A DNA stretch of 64,000 nucleotides from Candidatus Multivoradales bacterium (GCA_965248925.1 CBDFLE010000006.1:864001-928000); one strand, 5' to 3'; positions 37,220 through 47,794 are shown, numbered from the stretch's first letter. Made by a program: numbers and translations. The notes: generated by a model from the letters alone, not told the origin.

Positions 37220-39615
37220 CAGACCCCCTGCTTGGCGCGATCCATCTCGGCGTAGAAATCGGGCTTGACCAGCACTTCGCGCGGTTTCGAGCCTTGGGCC
37301 GGGCCGAGCAGACCATCGGCCTCCATCATGTCGACCAAGCGCGCCGCGCGAGAGAACCCGACCCGCATGCGCCGTTGCAGGAAGCTCGCCGACGCCATCC
37401 CTTCAGAAACCACCAGCCGGGCGGCTTCGTCGTAGAGTTCGTCGCCGGGCTCACCCACCGCTCCAACCTTGGCCTTCTCCTCTTTGGTGGGCGCGACCAC
37501 CTCCGGGTCATAGTTGGGCTTGCCGCTCTTCTTCAGCCAACGAATCACCGAAGCGGTTTCCTGCTCACTGATGTAGGCTCCGTGCAAACGCTGAATGCGC
37601 GAGGTGCCGGGCGGCATGAACAGCGCATCACCCTTGCCGAGCAGCTTCTCACTGCCGATCTGGTCGAGGATGGTTCGCGAGTCGTGGCGGGTGGTGGTGG
37701 CATAGGCCAAGCGGCAGGGGAAGTTGGCCTTGATGGTGCCGGTCAGCACATCCACCGACGGTCGCTGGGTGGCGATGATCAAGTGAATGCCCACCGCTCG
37801 CGCCATCTGCGCCAGCCGGGCGATGGCGGTCTCGACCTCGGACGAAGCTACCATCATCAAGTCCGCGAGTTCGTCGACCACCACCACGTAATTCGGCAGC
37901 GGCTTGAAATCATCTTCGTTGAATTCGCTCTCGCCCTCTCCCAACGCCAGGCGCTCGCGCTCCTTGGGATCGGTGATGGCGCGGTTGTAGAAACCGATCG
38001 AGCGCACATGCACCTCGCTCAGCAAGCGATAGCGGCGCTCCATCTCCGAGACCGCCCAATTGAGGGCGTTGGCGGCCTTTTTCGGATCCATCACCACCTG
38101 GGTCTTGAGGTGGGGAATATCGGCATAGACCCCGAGTTCGACCCGCTTGGGATCGATGAAGATGAACTGCACTTCATCGGGGGTCGACTTGTAGAGCATC
38201 GAGGTGATCATGCTCTGCAAGCCGACACTCTTGCCCGCTCCGGTGGCGCCGGCCACCAGCAGGTGAGGCATGGTCGCCAAGTCGGTGTAGACCGGCTGAC
38301 CGTAAATATCGACCCCGATCGCCATGGTCAGCGGCGAGGGCGAGGCTTTGAACCCCTCGGCGCCGATCAACCGACCGAGCTGGATCGTCGAGCGTTTCTT
38401 GTTTGGCACCTCGATGCCCAGCGTTGAGCGCCCCGGCATGCGGTCGATGCGCACCGACTCGGCACTCAACGACAACGCCAGATCGTCCTGCAGGCCCACC
38501 ACCCGGCTCACCTTGACCCCCGGCGCCGGCTGGAATTCGAACACCGTGATCACCGGTCCAGGACTGATGCCGTCGATCGTGCCAGCGACGCCAAACTCGT
38601 CGCAAGCCTGCTTGATCAGCTCGCCACGGCGCACTAGCTCAGCCTCATTGTGGGAACTCTGCGCCAAGTCGGTACGCAGCAGACTGACCGGCGGCAACGC
38701 TTGTCCCTGCGGCGCGTCGAGCCCAAAATCGAGCTCTTCCTGAGCTGGCTTGACCTTTGCCGGGGCGGCCTTAACCGCCCGCGAGCGCCCGGCCGCGGCC
38801 TCGGTACCGGCCTTGACCCGGCGCACCGCAAAGTGGCCGGCGCCTTGCTTAGTCCGCACCCGTACTGGCTCAGCCGGCTCCTCAGCCACCGGCTCGCCAG
38901 GCGCTTGGCGAATCTCAGGAGCGCTTCTCGCCGCCACCTTGCGCCGCGCATGGCGCTCCACCACCCGCCTGCGGGTAGCTTCTTTCTGCCGCCGCTCGCG
39001 ACGTTGGGTGAAAGCCAGTCGCAAACGCTGCATCGCCGCGGAGGCGCGCCGCCACAGCCCGCGCAAGACCTCCCCTAGGGTGGCTTGCAGGATCAGATTG
39101 ACCCCCACCGCCAACAGTGCCAGAAGCACCAGTAGGGCGCCGCCGTAGTTCAGCAAAGCGGTCAACATATCGGCGAATACCACCCCCAGGGCACCGCCAG
39201 AGGCCAACGGCTCACCGCGCCAGCGAATCTCACCGAAGACCAGCTGACACAGTGCCGGCAAAGACAAGGCCAGCGCCAAGATGCCAAACCACCGCCCCGC
39301 AACGGCCGGCGCCATGCGCCCGGTAAGTCGCCGCCAAGCCACCGTGCCAAAGACCAGCGGCAATAGGAACGAAACCACACCGAGGAAAGAGAACGACAGA
39401 TCCGCCAGCTGCGCACCGAAGGGGCCAATCAGATTGCGCGTACCGACTTCTTCACCCGAGCTGCGTTGCAGCAAGCTCGGGTCGAGGGGGTGGTAGCTGG
39501 CCAGGCTGCAAAGCAGCAAGACCATCAGCGCGGCCAGCACCAGACCGAAGATCTCGTTGCCTTTCTCCGGAGAGAGTCCCAGACGCAGGGTCCGTTTCGA
39601 TACCGCGGTTGCCAT
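37219..39615 (-). CDS. ftsK: DNA translocase FtsK
   Basis: N-terminal transmembrane helices, GATGAGKS, DELADLM, ATQRPSVDV and C-terminal gamma domain (SFLQRRMRVGFSRAARLVD). Confidence 0.95.
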   Translation of the reverse strand: MATAVSKRTLRLGLSPEKGNEIFGLVLAALMVLLLCSLASYHPLDPSLLQRSSGEEVGTRNLIGPFGAQLADLSFSFLGVVSFLLPLVFGTVAWRRLTGRMAPAVAGRWFGILALALSLPALCQLVFGEIRWRGEPLASGGALGVVFADMLTALLNYGGALLVLLALLAVGVNLILQATLGEVLRGLWRRASAAMQRLRLAFTQRRERRQKEATRRRVVERHARRKVAARSAPEIRQAPGEPVAEEPAEPVRVRTKQGAGHFAVRRVKAGTEAAAGRSRAVKAAPAKVKPAQEELDFGLDAPQGQALPPVSLLRTDLAQSSHNEAELVRRGELIKQACDEFGVAGTIDGISPGPVITVFEFQPAPGVKVSRVVGLQDDLALSLSAESVRIDRMPGRSTLGIEVPNKKRSTIQLGRLIGAEGFKASPSPLTMAIGVDIYGQPVYTDLATMPHLLVAGATGAGKSVGLQSMITSMLYKSTPDEVQFIFIDPKRVELGVYADIPHLKTQVVMDPKKAANALNWAVSEMERRYRLLSEVHVRSIGFYNRAITDPKERERLALGEGESEFNEDDFKPLPNYVVVVDELADLMMVASSEVETAIARLAQMARAVGIHLIIATQRPSVDVLTGTIKANFPCRLAYATTTRHDSRTILDQIGSEKLLGKGDALFMPPGTSRIQRLHGAYISEQETASVIRWLKKSGKPNYDPEVVAPTKEEKAKVGAVGEPGDELYDEAARLVVSEGMASASFLQRRMRVGFSRAARLVDMMEADGLLGPAQGSKPREVLVKPDFYAEMDRAKQGV

Positions 39616-39949
39616 ACTGTGAGAATCCTTGTTCGCCGTGCCAATCGCCCACTCCCCGGCCGACGGCACATCGCCGACCGGGGTATCCCAGCGCAAGCCC
39701 CAGGTCGACTTCAACCAACACTTGAAGGAATTAGGGCTAAGTGGCGTTGAATTCTAGCATTGAAGCCCCCGAGCACCAACCGCGAGCGATGGCAGCTACC
39801 CGAGGTCAGCCACCGCCACCACCGACGCCGGCTGGTGATGGGCACGACGCAGGTCGCAGACCCACGCCAGATCGAGTTCGCCAGCCACCACTAAATATCG
39901 GGCAGACTCGGTACCATGACACCAAGCCATACTTGGGCTGGTAGACTTA

Positions 39950-39984
39950 GTAGTCAGGAAATACAGTTCGTAGTCAGGAAATAC
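39950..39984 (+). promoter_or_regulatory. Tandem 15-bp direct repeat GTAGTCAGGAAATAC, putative transcription factor site
   Basis: Exact copies at 39950-39964 and 39970-39984 (20-bp period), ending 19 bp before the S8 protease start. Confidence 0.6.
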
Positions 39985-40003
39985 TCTGAAGAGGACAATA
40001 TCG

Positions 40004-41509
40004 ATGAAGAATCCTGTAGCTCGGTCATTTGGTTTCGTTCTGCTCGCCGGGTTTCTCGGCTCCGCTGGACAAATTTTCGGGCAAGAGGCGCCTGAGATCC
40101 CCACAAAACCACCGCGGATCGTCGGACTTCCGATGAGTGCTGTCCAGCACCTCCCGGGAGTCGCTCCGCTCTTCGACTTACGCAACGCCTCCGAATCGCC
40201 GAGAATCATCAACGACGAGCCCTATCTTCCGGGCGAGATCGTCGCCCGCTTCCGGCTTGAGCTGAGTGACGCCGATGTACTTCAGCTCGCACTTCAGGCG
40301 GGAGCGTCCAAAGCCGTCCGCAAGAGCCCTCTCGGGCTCTTCGTCCTCCATGGACCCCAGAATGAGCGGGCGATGGAGCAAACCCTGCAGCATCTCTGGG
40401 AATCGGGCAAGACAGTCATGATGTCGCCCAACTACACCCGCGGCGGGCTGACTTTCGTGCCGAACGATCCCCATTCCACCAGCGGAGCGCAGTGGTATCT
40501 CGATGCGCCGTCGGACATCGATTTGGATCTGCCGGATGCCTGGGACATCACGCGAGGGTCTGCAAGCGTCGTGGTGGCGGTGATGGACACCGGGATCCTC
40601 TCGGCCCACCCCGAATTCGTCGGCCGCTTGTGGGTGAACCCTGGAGAGATCCCTGGGAACAGTGTTGACGACGATGGGAATGGCTATATCGACGACATCA
40701 ACGGCTGGAATAACACTGCGAACAACCCGGACATAGAAGATGACGATGGAGGCCCACTTGGCAATGGAGTAGGCCACGGCACCTGGGTCAGCTCGATCCT
40801 GCTGGCGAATTCCAACAATGCGCACCAAGTCGCGGGGTTCGATCATTTTGCCAGACAGCTGACGGTAAGGGCCTTCAATCAAGCTACCGGTTTCGACCTG
40901 GGCCACGTTTTGGGCGGCTTGGACTATCTCCTCATGACGAGCCAATACTACGACGTTGTCAACATGAGCTGGGAAGCTTCGCTCGTCAATACACCGATCG
41001 GAACGAGCCTCGATGCTCTCGAACAAGCGGGCGCCCTGGTAGTCGCGGGATCAGGCAACGATTTTGGATCCGCAAAAAAGGTTTATCCGGCGGCCCACTC
41101 AGCCACGATCACGGTCGGGGCAACGGACGACACGGACACCCTCGCGCCGTTTTCCAACACGGGTGACGAGGTGGATTTTGTCGCTCCCGGAGTCGACATC
41201 TACACCGCTTCATTCGGTGATCCCTTCAGCGCCAACGCGTCACAGGTAGGCCCAGGTACTTCGTTCTCAACCCCGATGGTCACCGGCATCGCCTCCCTCG
41301 GTTTCGCGATTCGGTCGACGATGACCAAGGAAGAGCTAGTCTTCGCCCTCAAGGCCTCAGCCGTTGATTTGGGTGCGCCGGGGAAGGATCCCGAGCACGG
41401 CTGGGGACGGGTCAATGCTCATCAGGCCTTACAAGTCCACGCAGGGCTGATCTTCTTCGGCGATTTCGAAACAGGAGACCTCAGTCGATGGACCTCCTCT
41501 ACGCCTTAG
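40004..41509 (+). CDS. Secreted S8 (subtilisin-like) serine peptidase
   Basis: Signal peptide, triad VAVMDTG / GHGTWVS / GTSFSTP, and C-terminal IFFGDFETGDLSRW motif. Confidence 0.92.
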   Translation: MKNPVARSFGFVLLAGFLGSAGQIFGQEAPEIPTKPPRIVGLPMSAVQHLPGVAPLFDLRNASESPRIINDEPYLPGEIVARFRLELSDADVLQLALQAGASKAVRKSPLGLFVLHGPQNERAMEQTLQHLWESGKTVMMSPNYTRGGLTFVPNDPHSTSGAQWYLDAPSDIDLDLPDAWDITRGSASVVVAVMDTGILSAHPEFVGRLWVNPGEIPGNSVDDDGNGYIDDINGWNNTANNPDIEDDDGGPLGNGVGHGTWVSSILLANSNNAHQVAGFDHFARQLTVRAFNQATGFDLGHVLGGLDYLLMTSQYYDVVNMSWEASLVNTPIGTSLDALEQAGALVVAGSGNDFGSAKKVYPAAHSATITVGATDDTDTLAPFSNTGDEVDFVAPGVDIYTASFGDPFSANASQVGPGTSFSTPMVTGIASLGFAIRSTMTKEELVFALKASAVDLGAPGKDPEHGWGRVNAHQALQVHAGLIFFGDFETGDLSRWTSSTP

Positions 41510-42798
41510 CGCTGGTAGCCACCGCGGCGCCGGTCATCGGGCCGACCGGCGTCGAGCTGGAGCGGTTGATCGACACCACGGTCCAGCTGCCAGGAACCAC
41601 TGGAACGTTCTTTTTTGAAGGCCCACCTCCCTTGCCGTGCGGGCGAGGGATCGTCTTTCGAGCGGTCGAATCCACCATGAGCATGAGCTGGGGGTACTAC
41701 CTTGGCCCGGGTGGGGTCGAGGTGTTCGTAAATGGGAACACCGCCGTTCCGGGGACGCCGCATAAGTTCCAGGATCTGGATGACATCCGCTGCAGCGGCG
41801 GAGATCACTACGTCTTTCTGGGTTCCTCAGCTCTATCCAGCAGCGTATATGAGTGGCTTCCTGGCGGGCAAATCAATCTGATTCAGGGTGGTGGCATGTC
41901 GATAGGTGGCCACGAGTTTGGATCCTTCTTCGATCTCGGCAGCAACCAACACGGCGTGGGCATACTCGGTAACCTGGATCCACAGAGCGATGGTGAGGCC
42001 CTGGCCGTCAAATTCTTCGGCCGAGAGCCAATCTTCGTCGCCGACGAGACCGAGATCCTGCCAGGACAGACCGTTCCCGTGACGGGCTATGGCTCGCCGC
42101 GCCTGGTGGGCTCGGACCTCGTCTTCCGAGCGCTGAGTTTTCTCACCCGGGGCCTTTATCGCTGGTCGGAAGGACAAGGGATCTCTCTGCTGATCGATGA
42201 CCAGACTCCGGTGCCGGGAGCAGAGGGCACCTTTGTAGGAGTAGGGACGATCACCACTCTTTCAGACGGAATCGCGTTCACGGCTGGCTACAGCGGTGGC
42301 ATAGGCATCTTCCTCCTTCGCCACGGCGGGCAGATCGAGCCTCTAGTACTGCCTGGGCAGCAGACGGAAGGCGGCCAGACGATCACCTCAGCTTCTATCC
42401 CCATAGGCGCTGGCAATCTCTTCACCTTCAGAGGCTTTACCAAGGAGCCAGAATTCGCTGCCTCGGTCTTCGCCCGCACCCCGGACGGCAAGATCTACCG
42501 AATTCTGGGAGTCACGGATGTGATTGAGGGTCAGATCGTGAGAACCATCGACGCCGCCGCGGACCATGACACCGTGGTAGTACGGATTCTGACCAACAAG
42601 CTACAGGGCATCCTCTACCGAGCGAATTTCAACACGGCCATTGATATCCCAGTGTTGTCACCCCGCGCGGTGGTGGCGCTGGCCTTCTCGATCCTCATGG
42701 CGGGACTGTGGAGCCTGTGGCGCAAGGCGGGCGCGATACGACGCGACGGTAGAGGGCGACAAAGACCTCCAGCGGCAAAGACTCGGCCCGCACAGTAG
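41488..42798 (+). CDS. Exported beta-repeat protein with IPTL-CTERM-like sorting signal
   Basis: Repeats such as DTTVQLPG, NGNTAVPG, DETEILPG and DDQTPVPG. C-terminal DIPVLS followed by a hydrophobic helix and RK. Confidence 0.75.
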   Translation: MDLLYALALVATAAPVIGPTGVELERLIDTTVQLPGTTGTFFFEGPPPLPCGRGIVFRAVESTMSMSWGYYLGPGGVEVFVNGNTAVPGTPHKFQDLDDIRCSGGDHYVFLGSSALSSSVYEWLPGGQINLIQGGGMSIGGHEFGSFFDLGSNQHGVGILGNLDPQSDGEALAVKFFGREPIFVADETEILPGQTVPVTGYGSPRLVGSDLVFRALSFLTRGLYRWSEGQGISLLIDDQTPVPGAEGTFVGVGTITTLSDGIAFTAGYSGGIGIFLLRHGGQIEPLVLPGQQTEGGQTITSASIPIGAGNLFTFRGFTKEPEFAASVFARTPDGKIYRILGVTDVIEGQIVRTIDAAADHDTVVVRILTNKLQGILYRANFNTAIDIPVLSPRAVVALAFSILMAGLWSLWRKAGAIRRDGRGRQRPPAAKTRPAQ

Positions 42799-43552
42799 GC
42801 GCCAACCCGAGGTCGGCCGCCACCTTCTCTACCCGCGCAGGCGGCACCATCGGTTTCAAGCTGTTGCGCAGGGTCTTGCGCCGCTGGGCGAAGGCTTGGC
42901 GTACAAAACGAGTGAAGGCGGGCATCTCGACCAGAGGTAAAGGCGGAGGGTGCAGTTCGAGACCGACGTAGGCACCCCAGACTTTGGGCGGGGGCCTGAA
43001 ACTGCCCGGTCGCACCCAGCCGAGCAGGTGGGCGCGTGCCCACGCCGCCACCAGCACGCTGAGCGAGCCATAGGCCGGATCTCCGGGTCGCGCCGCCAGC
43101 CGCTCGGCGACTTCTTTTTGCAGCATGAACGCGGCCCGCGGCACCCGCGCACCGTGCGGCAGCAGGCTCTCGACCAAGCGGGTGCCCACATTAAACGGCA
43201 GGTTGCCGGTCACCAGAGTGGCGGCAGGAAGACGCTGCCAGTCGATCTTGGCGGCGTCGGCCACCACCACCGTCAAGGCCGGCTGGCGATGGGCGCGACT
43301 CAGTTCGCAAGCCCACTCCAAATCGAGCTCGCAAGCCATCACCCGAGCGCCGGCGGCGAGCAACTCGGCGGTCAAGACTCCACCACCGGGGCCAATTTCC
43401 AGCACTCGCTGATCGGCCGGCTTCAGGAAATCCAATAGCGGCCGGCACAGTTGACCGTTGATCAAGTGGTGTTGACCAAGATCTTTCTTCAACCTCGGTG
43501 ATCGTTGGCGTCCTGTCCTGGGCCTGACGCGGCCGGGCTCTCTTCGCGACAT
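42695..43552 (-). CDS. rsmA: 16S rRNA dimethyladenosine transferase
   Basis: KKDLGQHHL, LEIGPGGG, GNLPFN, MLQKEVAERL and AFAQRRKTLRN. Confidence 0.92.
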   Translation of the reverse strand: MSRREPGRVRPRTGRQRSPRLKKDLGQHHLINGQLCRPLLDFLKPADQRVLEIGPGGGVLTAELLAAGARVMACELDLEWACELSRAHRQPALTVVVADAAKIDWQRLPAATLVTGNLPFNVGTRLVESLLPHGARVPRAAFMLQKEVAERLAARPGDPAYGSLSVLVAAWARAHLLGWVRPGSFRPPPKVWGAYVGLELHPPPLPLVEMPAFTRFVRQAFAQRRKTLRNSLKPMVPPARVEKVAADLGLAPTVRAESLPLEVFVALYRRVVSRPPCATGSTVPP

Positions 43553-43804
43553 GGGCTGATTATCACCCAAAACCTCCTGCCTGCTCACGCCAGCGGCAAA
43601 CCGGCAAACACGCCAAATTGACGCACGATCTGGACAGCTAACGCCCTTCTTGCGGCTAAGCTCGGCCGCACTGTGCCGGCCATGGGGCTAACATGCCGAC
43701 CGCGAGCGGTTGGGCGGGTGGCATCTGACTTGCAAATCTAGAGCACGCCTGAGCGAACCAGCGGTCGCTGACGACGGCCCATCAATCACCGCGGAGAATC
43801 AAGC

Positions 43805-44794
43805 ATGGAACTGGAAAGCGCAACGCTGACCCAGGATGTGGAGCGCGAAACCCTCACCCTACGGCAGATCGAAACCGAGATCCGCAAGGTGATCGTCGGC
43901 CAGGACTATCTGATCGACCGCCTCTTGGTGGGGCTGCTGAGTCGCGGCCATCTGCTCATCGAAGGGGTGCCGGGTTTGGCCAAGACCCTGTCGGTGAAGA
44001 CCTTGGCTCGCACCCTGCACCTCGATTTCCAGCGCATCCAGTTCACCCCGGACCTGTTGCCGGCAGATCTGATCGGCACCCTGATCTACGACCAAAGGAG
44101 CGGTGACTTCAAGGCCCGCAAGGGGCCGATCTTCCACCACATCGTGCTCGCCGACGAGATCAACCGGGCGCCAGCCAAGGTGCAATCGGCGCTGCTCGAA
44201 GCGATGGAAGAGCGCCAAGTCACCCTCGGCGAGACCACCTACGTTCTGGAAGATCCATTCCTGGTGCTGGCCACCCAGAATCCGATTGAGCAAGAGGGCA
44301 CCTACCCGCTGGCCGAGGCTCAGGTCGACCGCTTCATGATGAAGATCAAGCTGACCTACCCAAGCCGCGCCGAGGAAGAGGAGATCCTCAAACGGATGCT
44401 GGTCGAGCGCCCGATCGACGTCCTACCGGTGGTCGATCGGCAACGCCTGTTAGAGTTGCGCCAGGCGGCCGATCAGGTCTATCTCGACGCCAAGATGCAG
44501 CGCTACATCCTCGATTTGGTGCATGCCAGCCGCGACCCGGCAGCCGCTGGCGCCGATGACTTGGTCGAGCTGATCGCCTTTGGCGCCTCGCCCCGCGCCA
44601 CCCTCTTCCTGGCCCGCGCCGCCAAGGGCCTGGCTTTGGTCCGCGGCCGTGGATACGTCATCCCCGAGGACGTCAAAGAGATCGCCCCCGACGTGCTGCG
44701 CCACCGCTTGCTGGCCACCTACGAGGCCGAGGCCGAGGAGATCTCCACCGACGACCTGGTCATGCGACTGCTCGACCGGGTCGAGGTTCCCTGA
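43805..44794 (+). CDS. moxR: MoxR family AAA+ ATPase
   Basis: EGVPGLAKT, RIQFTPDLLPAD, DEINRA and ATQNPIEQEGTYPL. Confidence 0.93.
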   Translation: MELESATLTQDVERETLTLRQIETEIRKVIVGQDYLIDRLLVGLLSRGHLLIEGVPGLAKTLSVKTLARTLHLDFQRIQFTPDLLPADLIGTLIYDQRSGDFKARKGPIFHHIVLADEINRAPAKVQSALLEAMEERQVTLGETTYVLEDPFLVLATQNPIEQEGTYPLAEAQVDRFMMKIKLTYPSRAEEEEILKRMLVERPIDVLPVVDRQRLLELRQAADQVYLDAKMQRYILDLVHASRDPAAAGADDLVELIAFGASPRATLFLARAAKGLALVRGRGYVIPEDVKEIAPDVLRHRLLATYEAEAEEISTDDLVMRLLDRVEVP

Positions 44795-44798
44795 ATCG

Positions 44799-45725
44799 AT
44801 GTTCGGACTGCTACGCCGCCAGCGCCCAGCGCCGCCAGCAACCGACCGGCCCGAGTTGCCGGCCGATTTGCTGCGCAAGGTGCGGCGCATCGAGATCTCC
44901 ACCAAACGCCTGGTCGACCAGGGGGTGGCGGGTGACTACCACTCGGCCTTCAAGGGTCGCGGCGTGGAATTCTCGGAAGTCCGCCCCTACGAGCCCGGCG
45001 ACGACATCCGCGCCATCGATTGGAACGTCACCGCCCGCACCGGCGCCCCACACATCAAGCGCTATGTCGAAGAGCGCGACCTGTCGGTTTTCCTGGTGGT
45101 TGATGTCTCCGGCAGCTTGGCCTTCGGCTCACGGGCGATTCTCAAGCGCGAATTGGCCGCTGAACTAACCGCCCTGCTAGCTTTTGCCGCGGTGGGCAAT
45201 CAGGACCGCGTAGGAGCAGCGCTGATCAGCGACAAATTAGAATTGTTTCTGCGTCCGGACAGGCGCCGCACCCATGTGCTGCGGATGGTGCGCGAGGTGT
45301 TGGGCCGCCCCTCCCAAGGCCGCACCCACCTCGACCGCGGCTTATGGGCCACCCTCAAGACCCTCAAGCAACGCTCGGTGCTGTTCTTGATTTCGGATTT
45401 CATCGATACTCCCCTCGATTCAGCACTCAAAGCAGCGGCGGCGCGCCACGATTTGGTAGTGCTTGAGCTGGTCGACCCGCGCGACGACCGGCTGCCGGCG
45501 GTAGGCCCGGTGGTATTGCGCGATGCCGAAACGGGCCGCATTGCGACGGTCAGCGGACGCCGATTGGCCGCCAGCTACGCGCGCCGCCGGCAGCGCGAAC
45601 GCGGGGATCTGCGGCAACAGCTGCGGCGACTGGGCATCGATCACCTGGAGATCCGCACCGATCGACCCTACCTCGGCGTGCTGATGAAGTTCTTCGAACG
45701 GCGGCGGCGGAGGCTCGGGCGATGA
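44799..45725 (+). CDS. DUF58 domain protein
   Basis: GVEFSEVRPYEPGDDIRAIDWNVTAR, DVSGS and ISDF. Confidence 0.9.
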   Translation: MFGLLRRQRPAPPATDRPELPADLLRKVRRIEISTKRLVDQGVAGDYHSAFKGRGVEFSEVRPYEPGDDIRAIDWNVTARTGAPHIKRYVEERDLSVFLVVDVSGSLAFGSRAILKRELAAELTALLAFAAVGNQDRVGAALISDKLELFLRPDRRRTHVLRMVREVLGRPSQGRTHLDRGLWATLKTLKQRSVLFLISDFIDTPLDSALKAAAARHDLVVLELVDPRDDRLPAVGPVVLRDAETGRIATVSGRRLAASYARRRQRERGDLRQQLRRLGIDHLEIRTDRPYLGVLMKFFERRRRRLGR

Positions 45726-46783
45726 CCACTTCACGCCAAACCACTGCACGCAAAACCACCGGCCGCCAATCCTTGGCCGCGTCGCTGATCGCCGTGGTCG
45801 GCCTCGCCTGTTGGCTGCAGCCGACCGCCGCCAGGGCGCAAGCCGAGCCGGTGCTGACGGTCGATCTCGAACCCCTCGAAATCACCGTCGGCGGGCGGGT
45901 AGAGGCCACCTTGACCCTGGTTTGGACCGGTGGCGAGGCCCCCGGAGAGCCGCGCTTCCCCGCCTGGCAAGATTCCTGGGGCCAAGCCGAAGTGCTGACG
46001 ATCGGCGAAGTCGGCTCGTCCACCGACTCCTCCGGCCGCTTGATCTACAGCCAACAGGTGGTGCTGACCGCTTTCAGCGTCGGCCAAGTCAGGCTGCCGT
46101 CGCTAGCGATCGCCGTACCGATCGATGACCAAACACTGAACATCGAAACCCCGAACGACCTCACGTTCACGGTAGCTTCGGTGCTGCCACCCGCCGCGGC
46201 AGAAGACGGTCCGGCCGACCCGGTCGATGCCGACGTTCGGAAGACCGCCGAAGAGACCGTCGAGCTGCGACCCGCGGTACCACCGCTCTCCCTCGGCGAC
46301 AACCAGACCTTCGCATTTGCCTCGGCCGCCCTGGCAATGATGCTGGGGCTGGCTTCCTGGTGGATGTTCCGCCGCCTGCAGTTCGCCGGACAACTCGCCG
46401 GTGGCAGCCACAAGATCCTGCTGGCACCGCTAGAGGAGTTGCTTGAGCGCCTGCGGCAAGTCGATCCAGAGGCCGGTTCCGAGCCCGCCCACACCGGGCT
46501 CAGCCTGGCGCTGCGCGGCTTCCTCGGCCGTAGTTTTGGCTTCCACGGCCTGGAGAGCACCACCACCGAGATCCGCCGTCTGCTGCGCGATCAGCCGCTG
46601 CCGCCAGCGATCAACCAGCGCCTGCTACGGCTGCTCGATGATTGCGACGAGGTCAAATTCGCCCGCCACCAAGTCGCAGATCGAACCACCGACGAACGTT
46701 TGCAACGAGCCGAGCAGCTGGGCCGCGAGATCGACCGCGCCTTGCTCCCGGTCGAAGAGCCGCTGACGGAGGCCGCCGGGTGA
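45722..46783 (+). CDS. Membrane-anchored Bat-operon accessory protein
   Basis: Signal peptide, Ig-like region, transmembrane helix and C-terminal LESTTTE...DEVKFA. Sits between DUF58 and batA. Confidence 0.75.
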   Translation: MTTSRQTTARKTTGRQSLAASLIAVVGLACWLQPTAARAQAEPVLTVDLEPLEITVGGRVEATLTLVWTGGEAPGEPRFPAWQDSWGQAEVLTIGEVGSSTDSSGRLIYSQQVVLTAFSVGQVRLPSLAIAVPIDDQTLNIETPNDLTFTVASVLPPAAAEDGPADPVDADVRKTAEETVELRPAVPPLSLGDNQTFAFASAALAMMLGLASWWMFRRLQFAGQLAGGSHKILLAPLEELLERLRQVDPEAGSEPAHTGLSLALRGFLGRSFGFHGLESTTTEIRRLLRDQPLPPAINQRLLRLLDDCDEVKFARHQVADRTTDERLQRAEQLGREIDRALLPVEEPLTEAAG

Positions 46784-47775
46784 TCGAGCTACCGCATCTG
46801 CACAGTCCGCTGTGGCTCACCGCGCTGCTCCTGCTACCGCTGGCGGCCTTCTGGCATCACCGCCAGCGCAGCTTTGGCGCCCTCACCTACAGCCATTTAC
46901 CGCAACCTGCGAGCGGCAGTTGGCGGCTGCACCTACCGTTCTACCTGCGGCTGCTGGCGTTAGCCCTGATGATCTTCGCCGCCGCCCGGCCACAGCTCGG
47001 CTTCGCCTGGGAAGAGAACCGCACCGAGGGCATCGACATCCAGATCGCTCTCGACGTCTCTGGCAGCATGGCGGCCGAAGACTTTCAGCCCAAGAACCGC
47101 CTGGCGGTGGCCAAAGAAGTGGTCAAAGAATTCATCGACAAGCGCACGGCCGACCGACTGGGAGTGGTGGTGTTTGCCGGCGAAACTCTAATCAAAGCGC
47201 CGCTGACCACCGATCGTGGCATGCTCCGCCTGCTGGTCGATTCGGTACAGCTCGACACCCTGCCCAATGGCACCGCCATCGGCATGGCGCTGGCGTCGAG
47301 CGCCGCCCGCTTGAAAGCCTCGACCGCCGACAGCCGAGTCATAGTGCTGGTCACCGATGGAGTTAACAACGCCGGCGCCGTCGATCCCGATTCAGCTGCA
47401 GCGATCTGTGAAGGCCTGGGCATCAAGGTCTACACCATCGGTGTGGGCACCGATGGCGAGGTGCCGATTCCGGTCACCGTGCAAAACCCGCTGACCGGTC
47501 GCCTGGAACGCCGCACGGTGAAGCAGAAGGTCGAGATCGACGAAGAACTGCTGCAGAAAATCGCCGAGCGCACCCAAGGTAAGTTCTTTCGCGCCACCGA
47601 CCCGGATAGCTTGCGGGAGATCTTCGCGGCGATCGACGAGCTAGAAAAAACTCCCCTCGAAGTGAAGCGCTACGTGCGCTACGAGGAAGCCTTTCAACCC
47701 CTGGTTTGGACCGCCTTCGGCCTGCTGCTGCTACCGCTGGCACTCGCCCTGGTGGGCCTGACCGCCGAGCCCTGA
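46780..47775 (+). CDS. batA: BatA-like VWA domain membrane protein
   Basis: N-terminal transmembrane segment ending AARPQ, MIDAS DVSGSM, GTAIGMAL and TDGVNN. Confidence 0.85.
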   Translation: MIELPHLHSPLWLTALLLLPLAAFWHHRQRSFGALTYSHLPQPASGSWRLHLPFYLRLLALALMIFAAARPQLGFAWEENRTEGIDIQIALDVSGSMAAEDFQPKNRLAVAKEVVKEFIDKRTADRLGVVVFAGETLIKAPLTTDRGMLRLLVDSVQLDTLPNGTAIGMALASSAARLKASTADSRVIVLVTDGVNNAGAVDPDSAAAICEGLGIKVYTIGVGTDGEVPIPVTVQNPLTGRLERRTVKQKVEIDEELLQKIAERTQGKFFRATDPDSLREIFAAIDELEKTPLEVKRYVRYEEAFQPLVWTAFGLLLLPLALALVGLTAEP

Positions 47776-47794
47776 AGCGAGATCACCCGACGCG

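Noticed and set aside
37294-38427. 377-aa ORF on the + strand
   Set aside because: Antisense shadow of ftsK.
43640-43795. Riboswitch-like fragments upstream of moxR (CGCCTGAGCG, GCTGACGACGGCCC)
   Set aside because: Only partial resemblance to ZTP or fluoride motifs, with wrong spacing and an unfitting downstream gene. An Infernal search would be needed.
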